64,000 nt of DNA, taken from positions 83,715 to 147,714 of the forward strand of contig CAIYBN010000145.1 in NCBI GenBank assembly GCA_903924465.1. Reading direction: 5' to 3'. Shown in pieces: positions 46,226 to 55,359 of this stretch (within the stretch, counting starts at the first letter, position 1; the number at the start of each line of letters is the position of its first letter). The position numbers were made by a program, and so were the translations under genes. The DNA is from an uncultured Myxococcales bacterium. Lineage in GTDB: Bacteria > Myxococcota_A > UBA9042. The notes beneath the pieces were generated by a model. The model had not been told where the DNA came from. It worked only from the letters and a program-made list of their open reading frames with translations, and made no database searches.

Positions 46226-47193
46226 GACTCACCTCCGCGGTTCTCGGCTTCGGGTTCGGCCGCCAATTCTTCCAGCACCGGAACAGGTTGCGTCATGCGC
46301 ACCGGCGACGACGAGAACGGCGAGCCGACCAGCGGCAGAATCGCGCCGGTGGGAATTGGCCCCGTCGTGTTCGCACCATTCGCTGTTGTCGGCGCTGCAC
46401 CGGGCACGACAAGCCCGGCGATCGGCCCCGTCTGGCGTTCCGTCGGCAACGGCATCGTTTGGCGTTCCGGCGCGGGCCGATCACTCAGCCCCGGGCGCTC
46501 GCCCGCGAGGAATTTGTCCGCACGCGCCGACTTCGGCCGGTCCTCGATCAGCTCACCCTTGGACAACACCAGCGTCCGCATGGCGTAGTGATCGACCAGC
46601 GCTGTGTCGTGCGTGGCGACAACCACCGTCGTGCCTTTGCGATTGATATTCAACAGCAATTCAATGATCTCGTGCGACAGGTCCGGATCCAGGTTTCCCG
46701 TCGGTTCATCCGCCAACAAAATCGCCGGCTCATTGACCAACGCCCGCGCGATGGCGACCCGTTGTTGTTCACCGCCGGAGAGATCGCCCGGGTACGCCTG
46801 CGCACGGTTGAGCAGGCGCGTGGCTTCCAGCATCTGGTTGACGCGACGTTCGATTTCCTTGCCTTTGAGACCAAGAATTTCCAGTGAAATCGCAATGTTC
46901 TCAAAGACCGTGCGCCGCGGAATCAGGCGAAAATCCTGAAAGACCACGCCAATATTGCGCCGCAAGTACGGCACACTGGAGTCGCGCAGGACGTGGATAT
47001 TGCGTCCGCCGATGAGGATCTGCCCGTCGCTGGCGCGTTCCATGACCAGCAGCAGGCGCAGCAACGTGGACTTGCCGGCGCCAGAGGGTCCGGTCAGGAA
47101 CACGAATTCGCCTTCACGCACCCGCAGCGTCACGTCGGTCAGGGCGTCACAGCCGTTCGAGTAGCGTTTCTGGACGTGGTAGAACTGGATCAC
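46222..47193 (-). CDS. ftsE: Cell-division ATPase FtsE with a ~100-aa C-terminal extension
   Basis: GPSGAGKST, LRRNIGVVFQDFRL, LSGGEQQRVAIARALVNEP, LADEPTGNLD, VVVATHD. Confidence 0.93.
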   Translation of the reverse strand: MIQFYHVQKRYSNGCDALTDVTLRVREGEFVFLTGPSGAGKSTLLRLLLVMERASDGQILIGGRNIHVLRDSSVPYLRRNIGVVFQDFRLIPRRTVFENIAISLEILGLKGKEIERRVNQMLEATRLLNRAQAYPGDLSGGEQQRVAIARALVNEPAILLADEPTGNLDPDLSHEIIELLLNINRKGTTVVVATHDTALVDHYAMRTLVLSKGELIEDRPKSARADKFLAGERPGLSDRPAPERQTMPLPTERQTGPIAGLVVPGAAPTTANGANTTGPIPTGAILPLVGSPFSSSPVRMTQPVPVLEELAAEPEAENRGGES

Positions 47194-47385
47194 GGTGCGA
47201 AGGTACCACACGGGCTCCGCGCGTCAAACGATTGTCACGGCGCGATGTGCCACATGGCGTCCGTCATTCGATTGCGGTAAGGGCCGCGACTTTGCAAAAC
47301 TTGACACAGCCGATCGATCGTCGAGACTCCGCACGTTGGATGAGCCCAGGTCGGGGAGCCTGGGGGGTTCCAGTTCTTCCCGGCG

Positions 47386-47394
47386 TGTGATACT
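47386..47394 (+). promoter_or_regulatory. Extended -10 promoter candidate for the outer-membrane barrel gene
   Basis: TG-T-GATACT; a separate TTGACA lies at 47301-47306. Confidence 0.3.
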
Positions 47395-47561
47395 TGCGCG
47401 CCGCCGACCGGGATTCCGGAAGGGTCATCGGGGTCGTCATCGCAGGACGACAGGATGAGGATGAACTCGAAGAGCCTGATAACTACAGGCGAAGATGCGT
47501 GTGACGCAACTCGCCCACCGTGTTTTGTTCGTCCCAGAGGGGCGACTCGAAGGAGAGGAAG

Positions 47562-48902
47562 ATGAAGAAACTGCTGACAGCAGCCCTGACCACTGCGGTG
47601 GGCTTGGCGTTCGCCGGCTCGGCCATGGCGACGGAGACCCGCATCAACAGCCTTTCGGCCGCTGGTGGCTTGGGCGGCGCCTTCAACGAAAAATCGATCA
47701 CGATCCACGACAGCGCGAACATCAACACGTTCCCGCAGTACATGGTTCAGTACAAGAACAGCGTCGATGTGGACAACACGGCGGGTTCGACCTACGGCTC
47801 GATGAACATCCGCTACGCGCTCTCCGACGACCCGGCCCCGCCGGTGTTGATGCTGTTCGGCAAGAGCTCGCCGTGGACGCCGGTCATCAACAGCAAGACC
47901 ATTGGCGGCCTGACCCCGCAGACACTCGCAGGCGGCCCTGCGCAGTTTGGCGGTGCGGGCGTGGCGGATCCGACCAACCACCAGTTCGGTATCGGTTTCG
48001 GCATGAAAGCCGGTGAATCGGTGCGCTTGGGCGCCACGCTCTCGCTCGGTGGCAACCGCAAGGACAAGACCGGCACGACGAGCACGGGCAACCAGTATGA
48101 CGACGAAGAGTCGAACACCTGGGTGGACTTCAACGCTGGCGTCGGCTTCGACATCAACGAAGTCAATAGCTTGGACTTCGGCCTCAACATCGTCGCCGGC
48201 ACGTTCACCAACATGGACAACAGCAACTTGGCGCGCTACGTCTCGAACGGCCTGTTTGGCCTCGCGCTGACGGCCAAGGGCGAGTTCATGGTCAGCCAGA
48301 TCTCCAAGATCGTGCCGTTCCTGCGCATCAACTACGACAGCCGCTCGATCGTCCACCAGTCGCGTAGCGACGAAAATGGCATCGGCAACGAGTCCAAGCA
48401 GGGCACGGTCAACAACACGTGGATCATCCTCGGTACGGATCTGGCGATTGCGCCGCCGAACATGGAAGGCGTGCTGATCCAGCCGGGCGTCGGCTTCATC
48501 TACCACTCGTCGGTGGGCAACGGCTCGAACGCGGCGACGGTTTCGGCGGTTGATCAGGAGAATTCCAACAACCTGATGCCGTGGTACGGCTTCGCGGCTG
48601 AAGCCAAGGCGTTCGAATGGCTGTTCCTGCGCCTCGGCGCTCGTCAGGTCATTTCCCGCACCAACATCAACAACACGGCGACGGCGCCGGCCAACAACGA
48701 GACCCACTTCTCGACGGTCACCAACACGGTGTCGACGGGCTTTGGCATCAAGCTGATGGGCTGGGACCTGGACCTGAACGTCAACCCGGCGTTCTTCAAC
48801 AACGGCCTCGCCATTGTGAACGGCTCGCCGACCGGTGCGCCTGCTGGCGCCGCGCCTGGCGCGGGTTGGGCGGTCGACTGGGCCCTCGGCTACGACTGGT
48901 AA
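47562..48902 (+). CDS. Outer-membrane beta-barrel protein (porin-like)
   Basis: Strong RBS AGGAGAGG; signal peptide ending AMA; alternating strands; C-terminal aromatic beta-signal 'WALGYDW'; own terminator. Confidence 0.8.
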   Translation: MKKLLTAALTTAVGLAFAGSAMATETRINSLSAAGGLGGAFNEKSITIHDSANINTFPQYMVQYKNSVDVDNTAGSTYGSMNIRYALSDDPAPPVLMLFGKSSPWTPVINSKTIGGLTPQTLAGGPAQFGGAGVADPTNHQFGIGFGMKAGESVRLGATLSLGGNRKDKTGTTSTGNQYDDEESNTWVDFNAGVGFDINEVNSLDFGLNIVAGTFTNMDNSNLARYVSNGLFGLALTAKGEFMVSQISKIVPFLRINYDSRSIVHQSRSDENGIGNESKQGTVNNTWIILGTDLAIAPPNMEGVLIQPGVGFIYHSSVGNGSNAATVSAVDQENSNNLMPWYGFAAEAKAFEWLFLRLGARQVISRTNINNTATAPANNETHFSTVTNTVSTGFGIKLMGWDLDLNVNPAFFNNGLAIVNGSPTGAPAGAAPGAGWAVDWALGYDW

Positions 48903-48928
48903 GCCAGCGACTTGCTTGGCAGTTTCTG

Positions 48929-48976
48929 GCAACGCCCCGGGCGGATCTGTGGATCCACCGGGGCGTTGCGCTTTTT
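48929..48976 (+). terminator. Rho-independent terminator
   Basis: GCAACGCCCCGG...CCGGGGCGTTGC stem with an inner GGATC/GATCC pair, followed by TTTTT. Confidence 0.8.
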
Positions 48977-49085
48977 GCGCCGGCCGTGCCACCATGGCCG
49001 GGCCCGAAACGCTCGGGAACAAACTCGCCCCCAAGGGCATTGATCGATGGGTCTCCCGCCACCGTACCACATCGAGGACACGCCA

Positions 49086-50156
49086 GTGACATCACGACTT
49101 GCCTTTGCCGCCCTCGCCTTCGCGTCCACTGCTGCGTGCACCCGTCCCAGCACGTCAGCCACCGCGCCCGCGGGCGCCGCCAAGGCCGCCTCGGAAGCAG
49201 TTGCCCAACCGGGCGCGGCCACAGAAGCCAACGGCGCCGCCGCCGCACCGAATGTCACCGCCAACGGCGTGCCACGTGCGGTCGGTCCGGTCGCGACGGT
49301 CAACGGTCGCGACATCGCCGGCGATCGCTTCAACGCCGAATTTGCCCGCTTGGTCGGCCGGTCCACCAAAGTGCCCGCCGACCGGCTGCGGCGCATCGCC
49401 CAGAATGTCCTGAACCGGCTGATCGAGCAGGAATTGCGCGAACAGGCGATCCGCAATGAAAACATCACGCTGACCGACGCCGAGTTTGAGGATGCCTGGA
49501 AGGAATTCACCGGGCGTTTCCGCAAAGGCGACGGGCGTTTTGACGAATCTGCGCTCACCACCGAGCTGGAGCGCGCGCATACCACGATGGACCAGATGCG
49601 CGAACAGATCCGCCAGCAGCGGTTGGGCGCGAAGCTGGTGCAGAAGCTCGGGAAAGTGGAAGTGAGCGAAGCGGATTCGAAAGCGTATTACGACATGAAT
49701 CCGTCAGCTTGGCTGGAGGCGGCATCACGCGATCTGCGGCCGATCCTGATTCGTGTTCCGGCTGACGCCAGCGCGGACGTGCAGCAGAAAGCCAAACAGA
49801 AAGCCGAGGACGCGTCGGCTGCTCTGAAGAAAGGCCAGGATTTTGAACAGGTTGCCAAGCAATACAGCGAAGGCCCACTGCCGCCGTTGCATTTGACACG
49901 CGCTTCCGCCGAGCCGGAGTTGGAGCCCGTGGCGTTTCAGCTCAAGGTCGGCGAGGTGTCCAAGCCGATCAAGACCCGCTGGGGCTGGTATGTCCTGAGG
50001 TTGATTGAGAAAAATGAAGAACGGACACGACCCTATAGTGAAGTGCGCGACGAAATTCGCACGCAATTGACGACCCGCCGCGGCTACACCGAAGAGCGCC
50101 GCATCCTGGTCGAATTGCGCAAGAAAGCGGAAGTCGTTGAAAAATTGCCGTTTTGA
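49086..50156 (+). CDS. SurA/PrsA-like PpiC-type peptidyl-prolyl isomerase lipoprotein
   Basis: STAA-C lipobox; VATVNGRDI, VLNRLIEQEL; FEQVAKQYS, LKVGEVSKPIKTRWGWYVLRL. Confidence 0.88.
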   Translation: MTSRLAFAALAFASTAACTRPSTSATAPAGAAKAASEAVAQPGAATEANGAAAAPNVTANGVPRAVGPVATVNGRDIAGDRFNAEFARLVGRSTKVPADRLRRIAQNVLNRLIEQELREQAIRNENITLTDAEFEDAWKEFTGRFRKGDGRFDESALTTELERAHTTMDQMREQIRQQRLGAKLVQKLGKVEVSEADSKAYYDMNPSAWLEAASRDLRPILIRVPADASADVQQKAKQKAEDASAALKKGQDFEQVAKQYSEGPLPPLHLTRASAEPELEPVAFQLKVGEVSKPIKTRWGWYVLRLIEKNEERTRPYSEVRDEIRTQLTTRRGYTEERRILVELRKKAEVVEKLPF

Positions 50157-50246
50157 GCGTTCCTCCACCTCGCCCCCTGTGCCATGCTCTGACTCACGAG
50201 GCGTCCAGCTTGCAGCGTGGTGTGTGACCGCGTTCTGGAGTGTCCC

Positions 50247-51404
50247 ATGTCCACGCCCAAACCTCTCCTGAAACCCAGCAATCCGCGGTTCTCCTCGGGG
50301 CCGTGCGCCAAACGGCCCGGTTGGACCCTCGCCGCGCTCGACGGGGCGCTGGTGGGCCGCTCGCACCGTTCCAAACCCGGCAAGGCGCGCATTCAAGCGG
50401 TCCTGGACAAGTCCCGGAGCATCCTCGGCTTGCCCGATGACTACCGCATTGCGATCGTCCCGGCGTCAGACACCGGCGCGGTGGAAATGGCCTTGTGGTC
50501 GCTGCTCGGCGCCCGCGGCGTGGACGTGCTGGCGTGGGAGAGCTTTGGCGAAGGCTGGGTGACAGATATCGTCAAGCAATTGAGGCTGACCGACGTGCGG
50601 GCGTTGCGAGCGGACTACGGCCATCTGCCCGACCTGCAGCGCGTGTCCTGGGACCGCGATGTGGTCTTCACCTGGAATGGCACGACGGCCGGGGTGAAGG
50701 TGCCCGATGGCGACTGGATTCCTGACGACCGCCAAGGCCTGACCATTGCCGACGCGACGTCCGCGGTCTTTGCGATGGACCTGCCTTGGCAGAAGCTCGA
50801 CGTCGTCACCTGGTCCTGGCAGAAAGTGCTCGGCGGTGAAGGCGCGCACGGCATGCTGGTGCTAAGCCCACGCGCCGTCGCCCGCCTCGAGTCCTGGACG
50901 CCCGCGTGGCCGATGCCCAAGCTGTTCCGGATGACCAAGGACGGCAAGATCCAGGAAGGCATCTTTCTGGGCGAGACGATCAACACACCGTCCATGTTGT
51001 GCGTGGAGGACGCCCTGGACGGACTGTTGTGGGCGGAACGCGTCGGCGGATTGCCCGGTCTGGTCGCGCGCTCGCAGGCCAATCTCGCTGTGTTGCAGGC
51101 TTGGGTCACGCGAACGCCGTGGGCGGAATTCCTTGCCGTGGATCCAGCAACACGCTCCAACACGTCCGTCTGCCTGATTTTCACGGCCGACTGGTTTCAG
51201 GCCCTGGATTTGCCGCAACAAACGGCCGTCGCCAAGCAGATGGCCGCGCTGTTGGACGTCGAACAGGTGGCACTCGACGCAGCGTTCTACCGGGACGCAC
51301 CACCGGGCCTGCGAATCTGGTGCGGTTCGACCGTGGAAACCGGCGACGTCGAAGCGCTTTTGCCATGGCTGGACTGGGCGTTTGCGCAGGTTTCGCCACA
51401 TTGA
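50247..51404 (+). CDS. serC: Phosphoserine aminotransferase (Methanosarcina/alphaproteobacterial type)
   Basis: [82 protein letters not shown]. Confidence 0.93.
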   Translation: MSTPKPLLKPSNPRFSSGPCAKRPGWTLAALDGALVGRSHRSKPGKARIQAVLDKSRSILGLPDDYRIAIVPASDTGAVEMALWSLLGARGVDVLAWESFGEGWVTDIVKQLRLTDVRALRADYGHLPDLQRVSWDRDVVFTWNGTTAGVKVPDGDWIPDDRQGLTIADATSAVFAMDLPWQKLDVVTWSWQKVLGGEGAHGMLVLSPRAVARLESWTPAWPMPKLFRMTKDGKIQEGIFLGETINTPSMLCVEDALDGLLWAERVGGLPGLVARSQANLAVLQAWVTRTPWAEFLAVDPATRSNTSVCLIFTADWFQALDLPQQTAVAKQMAALLDVEQVALDAAFYRDAPPGLRIWCGSTVETGDVEALLPWLDWAFAQVSPH

Positions 51405-51408
51405 CATC

Positions 51409-51607
51409 GGCTGGGGCATGGCCACGGCGCGCGCCCACAGGCGTTGCCAGCCACTTTCGTGACTGCGGCGCGGGGAGTCGAGGTTGACCGTCCGCAGACG
51501 AATCGGCAGTCAACCTCAACACCCCAGCCAGTCGCGCCCCCAAGCGTATTCCAGCACAGCGATCCTCGACGTGTCGTACGTTCCAGACAATCACCCGTTT
51601 GGGTGAT
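51409..51607. other. Nested inverted repeats downstream of serC
   Basis: GGCTGGGG(51409)/CCCCAGCC(51522); GAGGTTGAC(51480)/GTCAACCTC(51509); ATCACCC-GTTT-GGGTGAT(51590-51607). Confidence 0.4.
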
Positions 51608-51608
51608 A

Positions 51609-51686
51609 CGGACATCGAGGGGCTGTCCGAAATACCGTCCGACACACCGTCCGACATCGGACACCCTGCTGTCCGATGGTGTCCGG
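51609..51686. promoter_or_regulatory. GTCCG(A) repeat array, candidate enhancer (UAS)
   Basis: GTCCG at 51625, 51637, 51649 (exact 12-bp period), 51671 and 51681; inverted CGGAC at 51609 and 51658. Confidence 0.6.
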
Positions 51687-51766
51687 CCTCCGCGCAGCAC
51701 GCATCCGCCGCTCAGCCGCCCTATTGATTTTCATCGGACTTTTGCGCGGCAAAGTGAGCCGTGCGT

Positions 51767-51783
51767 TTGGCACAGTTCGTGCT
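51767..51783 (+). promoter_or_regulatory. sigma54 (-24/-12) promoter
   Basis: TTGGCACAGTTCGTGCT: GG(51769-70)-N10-GC(51781-82), with the TGGCAC consensus intact. Confidence 0.7.
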
Positions 51784-51830
51784 TTGGCTCACCACGCCGA
51801 CGCGTCGTCTGCGTCGTGGTGAGGTGTGTC

Positions 51831-52844
51831 GTGTCCACCGATCTTCGTCCTGCCAGCACGGCCACGCCGTTGCCGCGACCGCCCGGCCTGACAACGACGC
51901 TCGCCGAGCTGCGCACACGAATGGGCGCCGATCTCGTCTGGTTTGGGCGCATCGGTGAGGTGACGTCGGAGCCCGGACAGGCGCGTGGGCTCTGGTGGAG
52001 CGGCTGTTGGGCAACCGGGAACCGGGCGGCGGCGGACGCCCTCTCATCGATGGATGACCAGCCGGTCGCCCGCGGCTTTTGCCTGGATCTGACGCCACCG
52101 CCGTTGAAGTGGCAAACGCGCACCTATCGCCCTGGCGAAAAAGGCTTCTGGTCCTGCGATTTTGCCCGCAACGCTTATCTGCGTCACGATCTGCAGGAAG
52201 AGCATCGGCTGGTCGTGCGGGACGAAATCGGCGTGCTCGGCGTGCTCGCGGCGGTGTGGGATCGTCGCCGTACCGGGGTTGGCGCGCGGCTGAGCCGGGC
52301 CCTGCGCGACGGTCACGCGCGTTGGGCGCACGAGCGGGTGAGGCAGGCGTTTCGGTACGAAACCGCCGTGGACGCAGCGGCCTCCGGACATCTCATCGTC
52401 GCGCCCGCGGACGGCATCCAATTTGCCACGGCGCCCGCGCACGCTTGGTTGGATGATCGGCGCGCGGAACGGCTGGTGGCTGGCGTCACCCGCTTCGTGC
52501 AAGCCCAGTCGCCCCGGCCGACCCGGATCGCCGTCGCTGGGGCGGAAGTGTGGCTGAATCCGATGCGTGGGCCACGAGGCGCGGCCTGGCTGGTTGAACT
52601 GCACCCCCTCGCCCGATCCAAACCCGCAACCCAGCCGCTGCTGACTCCAGCACAGGCAGCGGTCGTTGACTGGGTGCTGCGCGGTTGCACAGCGGCTGAG
52701 ATCGCGCACAAGCTCGACAAGGGCGTGGAGACCGTGCGAAGCCAGATCAAACAGGCTTACGGTCGATTGGGCGTCACGAACCGCTTGGAATTGGCGCGTG
52801 CCATGAGCAGTTCGGCCGACAGCGGGCTCGGCCTGCACGCGTAG
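51831..52844 (+). CDS. LuxR-family HTH regulator with a putative GAF/PAS-like sensory N-terminus
   Basis: GAGGTG RBS and GTG start; C-terminal LTPAQAAVVDWVLRGCTAAEIAHKLDKGVETVRSQIKQAYGRLGVTNRLELA. No receiver Asp motif. Confidence 0.82.
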   Translation: MSTDLRPASTATPLPRPPGLTTTLAELRTRMGADLVWFGRIGEVTSEPGQARGLWWSGCWATGNRAAADALSSMDDQPVARGFCLDLTPPPLKWQTRTYRPGEKGFWSCDFARNAYLRHDLQEEHRLVVRDEIGVLGVLAAVWDRRRTGVGARLSRALRDGHARWAHERVRQAFRYETAVDAAASGHLIVAPADGIQFATAPAHAWLDDRRAERLVAGVTRFVQAQSPRPTRIAVAGAEVWLNPMRGPRGAAWLVELHPLARSKPATQPLLTPAQAAVVDWVLRGCTAAEIAHKLDKGVETVRSQIKQAYGRLGVTNRLELARAMSSSADSGLGLHA

Positions 52845-52887
52845 CCGCGGCTCGATCCCCGAACCGGGAAGAACGGGGCGGTCGAAG

Positions 52888-54456
52888 TCACAGCTCGCTC
52901 GGTGTGTCGTCGGCTACGCCATCGTCCGTCGTCGTGGCACCGTCGCCCAATCCAGCGGCCCGCAGAGCGAGGCGCAATCCGTGCGGCGACACCCGCAGCA
53001 GCGGCGCCATCGTGTCCAAGTCGCCGCCGGCGCGCGCCCACGCGTCGCGCAGTTCCGCGGGCGTGACGTCAGCCGCGGTCCGGAGCACGGTGCTGCGATC
53101 AATCAGCACATACAAAGTCGACCTTGCAATCCCGAGTTCGCGCGCCGTCGCCGCCAGGCTCCAGTGGTTGCGCGCCAGCGTCGCGGCGACCGCTTCATCC
53201 GTCAACTGCGGCGTTTCCACGTGGCGCGGCCGCCGTGGTGGCGTTTCCGGACGTTCCCCCCCGAGCCAGGTTTCCAGCGAAAAACCGCGACCGAGCCGAT
53301 CGTCGCCGTCGGCCTGGATCACCAACGTGCGAACCAGATTGCGCAACTCGCGCGCATTGCCCGGCCACTTGTGCGACGCCAACCGCGCCACCAGCCCGGC
53401 GGACAGCCAGACCCGCTGCCCAACCTGCCCGACGCGCGCCATCTCTTCGTCGCAAAAATGCGCAATCAGCGTACCCAGATCCTCCAGGCGCTGGCGCAAC
53501 GGCGGCACGTGCACGTGATACCCAGCCAAGCGGTACAACAGCGGCGAACGCACCGGCCCACGATCATCGAGTTGCTGATCCGTGGCCGCGACGACGCGCA
53601 CATTCACCTTGCGCAGCTTCCGATCGCCCAGCCGCTGCACTTCGCCGGTCTCCAGCACGCGCAACAGCATCGCCTGCACGTCCGCGGCCATTTCGCCAAT
53701 CTCGTCGAGGAACAACGTTCCACCATCCGCGCGCACAAATAGGCCGTCGTGATCCTGGGTCGCGCCCGTGAAGGCGCCGCGCACATGACCAAAAAGCACA
53801 GAAGCCGCGGTATCCGCTTTTATTTCAGCAACATTGACAGCAACCCACGGACCATCCTTGCGCGGACTGCCGTCGTGCAAGGCGCGCGCGACCAGTTCCT
53901 TGCCGACGCCCGTTTCACCGGTCACGAGCACTGGAACGGCAAACGGCGCCGCGCGGGCGATCTGCTGGCGCACCGTGTCCAGGGCCTCGCTTCCGCCCAC
54001 CAGCCCACCCATCGGCATGTCCAAGGGCGAAGCGCGCAGATGAAGCAGCAGAGCCGTGCGATTGGACAGTTCGAGCACCACGCCGCGTTCCAGCGCATTC
54101 CATTCCAGCCGTTTCGGTAGACTCAAGGGCTGCCCACCAACCAGCACCCGACTTTCGCCGATCGGCGGGGTCAGAAGAACACCGTCGCGGCAACTCAGGA
54201 CGGTCGGCTGGCGACTCGCGTACGGGTCCCCCAACGGCTGCTTCAACAGCCCATTGGGTAGGGAAAATTCAGGCGAAAGACGCGACAACTCGATAGTTTG
54301 ACCCCGTTCCAACGGATGCAGGAAGGCCCGCGCGCCGATCATCTCCCGCTGCGGATGCGCCAGCACGGTCAGACAAGCGACGCGCTGCTGCCGGGCCAGA
54401 TCCCCTTCCGTCGCGAACGGCAAGGTGTCGATGTCGGGATCGGCGCGGTGAACCAT
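52888..54456 (-). CDS. sigma54-dependent enhancer-binding protein with a degenerate FHA-like N-terminus and tandem C-terminal HTH
   Basis: [47 protein letters not shown]; HTH '[18 protein letters not shown]' followed by a second HTH-like unit. Confidence 0.92.
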   Translation of the reverse strand: MVHRADPDIDTLPFATEGDLARQQRVACLTVLAHPQREMIGARAFLHPLERGQTIELSRLSPEFSLPNGLLKQPLGDPYASRQPTVLSCRDGVLLTPPIGESRVLVGGQPLSLPKRLEWNALERGVVLELSNRTALLLHLRASPLDMPMGGLVGGSEALDTVRQQIARAAPFAVPVLVTGETGVGKELVARALHDGSPRKDGPWVAVNVAEIKADTAASVLFGHVRGAFTGATQDHDGLFVRADGGTLFLDEIGEMAADVQAMLLRVLETGEVQRLGDRKLRKVNVRVVAATDQQLDDRGPVRSPLLYRLAGYHVHVPPLRQRLEDLGTLIAHFCDEEMARVGQVGQRVWLSAGLVARLASHKWPGNARELRNLVRTLVIQADGDDRLGRGFSLETWLGGERPETPPRRPRHVETPQLTDEAVAATLARNHWSLAATARELGIARSTLYVLIDRSTVLRTAADVTPAELRDAWARAGGDLDTMAPLLRVSPHGLRLALRAAGLGDGATTTDDGVADDTPSEL

Positions 54457-54498
54457 CAATCGTTACCCGTGGCGCTCAGGGCGTGCCGCAAGATGTCG

Positions 54499-55356
54499 TC
54501 AACCGCCGCGCTGCCGGCGCGCCTGCAAACGCAGCCAAATCTGCACGAGATCCCCAGCCGCGCGAACAAAGTGTCCAGGCCGCAGTTTGGAACCCGCGAC
54601 GTCGTGCCAGACCTGCAGCGGCACTTCGGCAAACGCACTTTCTGGCAGGGGATCCGCGCCCGGACAGCCCCATGCGAGCCGGCCGAGAAGTTCCACATCG
54701 AAGATCCAGCGCGACACAAATGGCTCGGCCAACGCGGCTTCCAGCGCCGGCGTGACGCGAAAGAGCTTGGCGCCGCATTGCGTGTCGTAAATGTGCAACG
54801 CCAGCGTCAGCGACGCCGCGGTGGCAAAGACTCGCCCCAAGTAGTGACGAATCGCCTTGCGTTCCACGGCGTTGCCCAGCAGGCGAACGCGGGCGCCAAT
54901 CAGGACCTGGACTTCCGGCCGGGCGTGCAGCACGTCCAGCAGCCGTCGCAGCTCGGCAGGCGGCGTCGACAGATCGGCATCGAGAAAACCGATCTCTTTG
55001 GATCCTTGGGCGATCGCCAGGAGCAGACCTTGGCGCACCGCCTCGGCTTTGCCGCAATTCTGCGCAAGTTGGAGCCACTGCGCCCGGCCGAGTGAGGCGG
55101 CACAAAGGGTCTCCAGCAGCTGGGCCGTAGCATCCGTCGAGCCGTCATCGACGAAGATGAGCCGTACGTCGCCAGACTGAGCCAGTTCGGCAAAAGCGTG
55201 CGCATCCAGCCGTTGCGCCTCGTTGAAACACGGGACGACGAGAGAAAGCACGGTATCCGCCTGCTGGACCGTCTTGCGCGCCACACGTGCCTCGGAATGA
55301 CCACGATCGGCCAGCCGCAGAGTAGCAGCGTGGCCGCGCCTGACAAGCTTTGGCAC
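54499..55356 (-). CDS. Glycosyltransferase family 2 (Dol-P-glucosyltransferase-like); start uncertain
   Basis: SLVVPCFNE, FVDDGSTD, GKAEAVRQG, GFLDADLST, YDTQCGAKLF, WIFDVELL, GSKLR. Confidence 0.9.
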   Translation of the reverse strand: MPKLVRRGHAATLRLADRGHSEARVARKTVQQADTVLSLVVPCFNEAQRLDAHAFAELAQSGDVRLIFVDDGSTDATAQLLETLCAASLGRAQWLQLAQNCGKAEAVRQGLLLAIAQGSKEIGFLDADLSTPPAELRRLLDVLHARPEVQVLIGARVRLLGNAVERKAIRHYLGRVFATAASLTLALHIYDTQCGAKLFRVTPALEAALAEPFVSRWIFDVELLGRLAWGCPGADPLPESAFAEVPLQVWHDVAGSKLRPGHFVRAAGDLVQIWLRLQARRQRGG

Positions 55357-55359
55357 CGT

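Noticed and set aside
51609-51686. CRISPR or tandem-repeat interpretation of the GTCCGA array
   Set aside because: Units are only 5-8 bp with 4-16-bp gaps, there are no unique 30-40-nt spacers, and there are no cas genes.
51444-51830. N-terminal extension of the LuxR ORF
   Set aside because: Runs through the enhancer array and sigma54 promoter; an RBS and GTG at 51831 give a better start.
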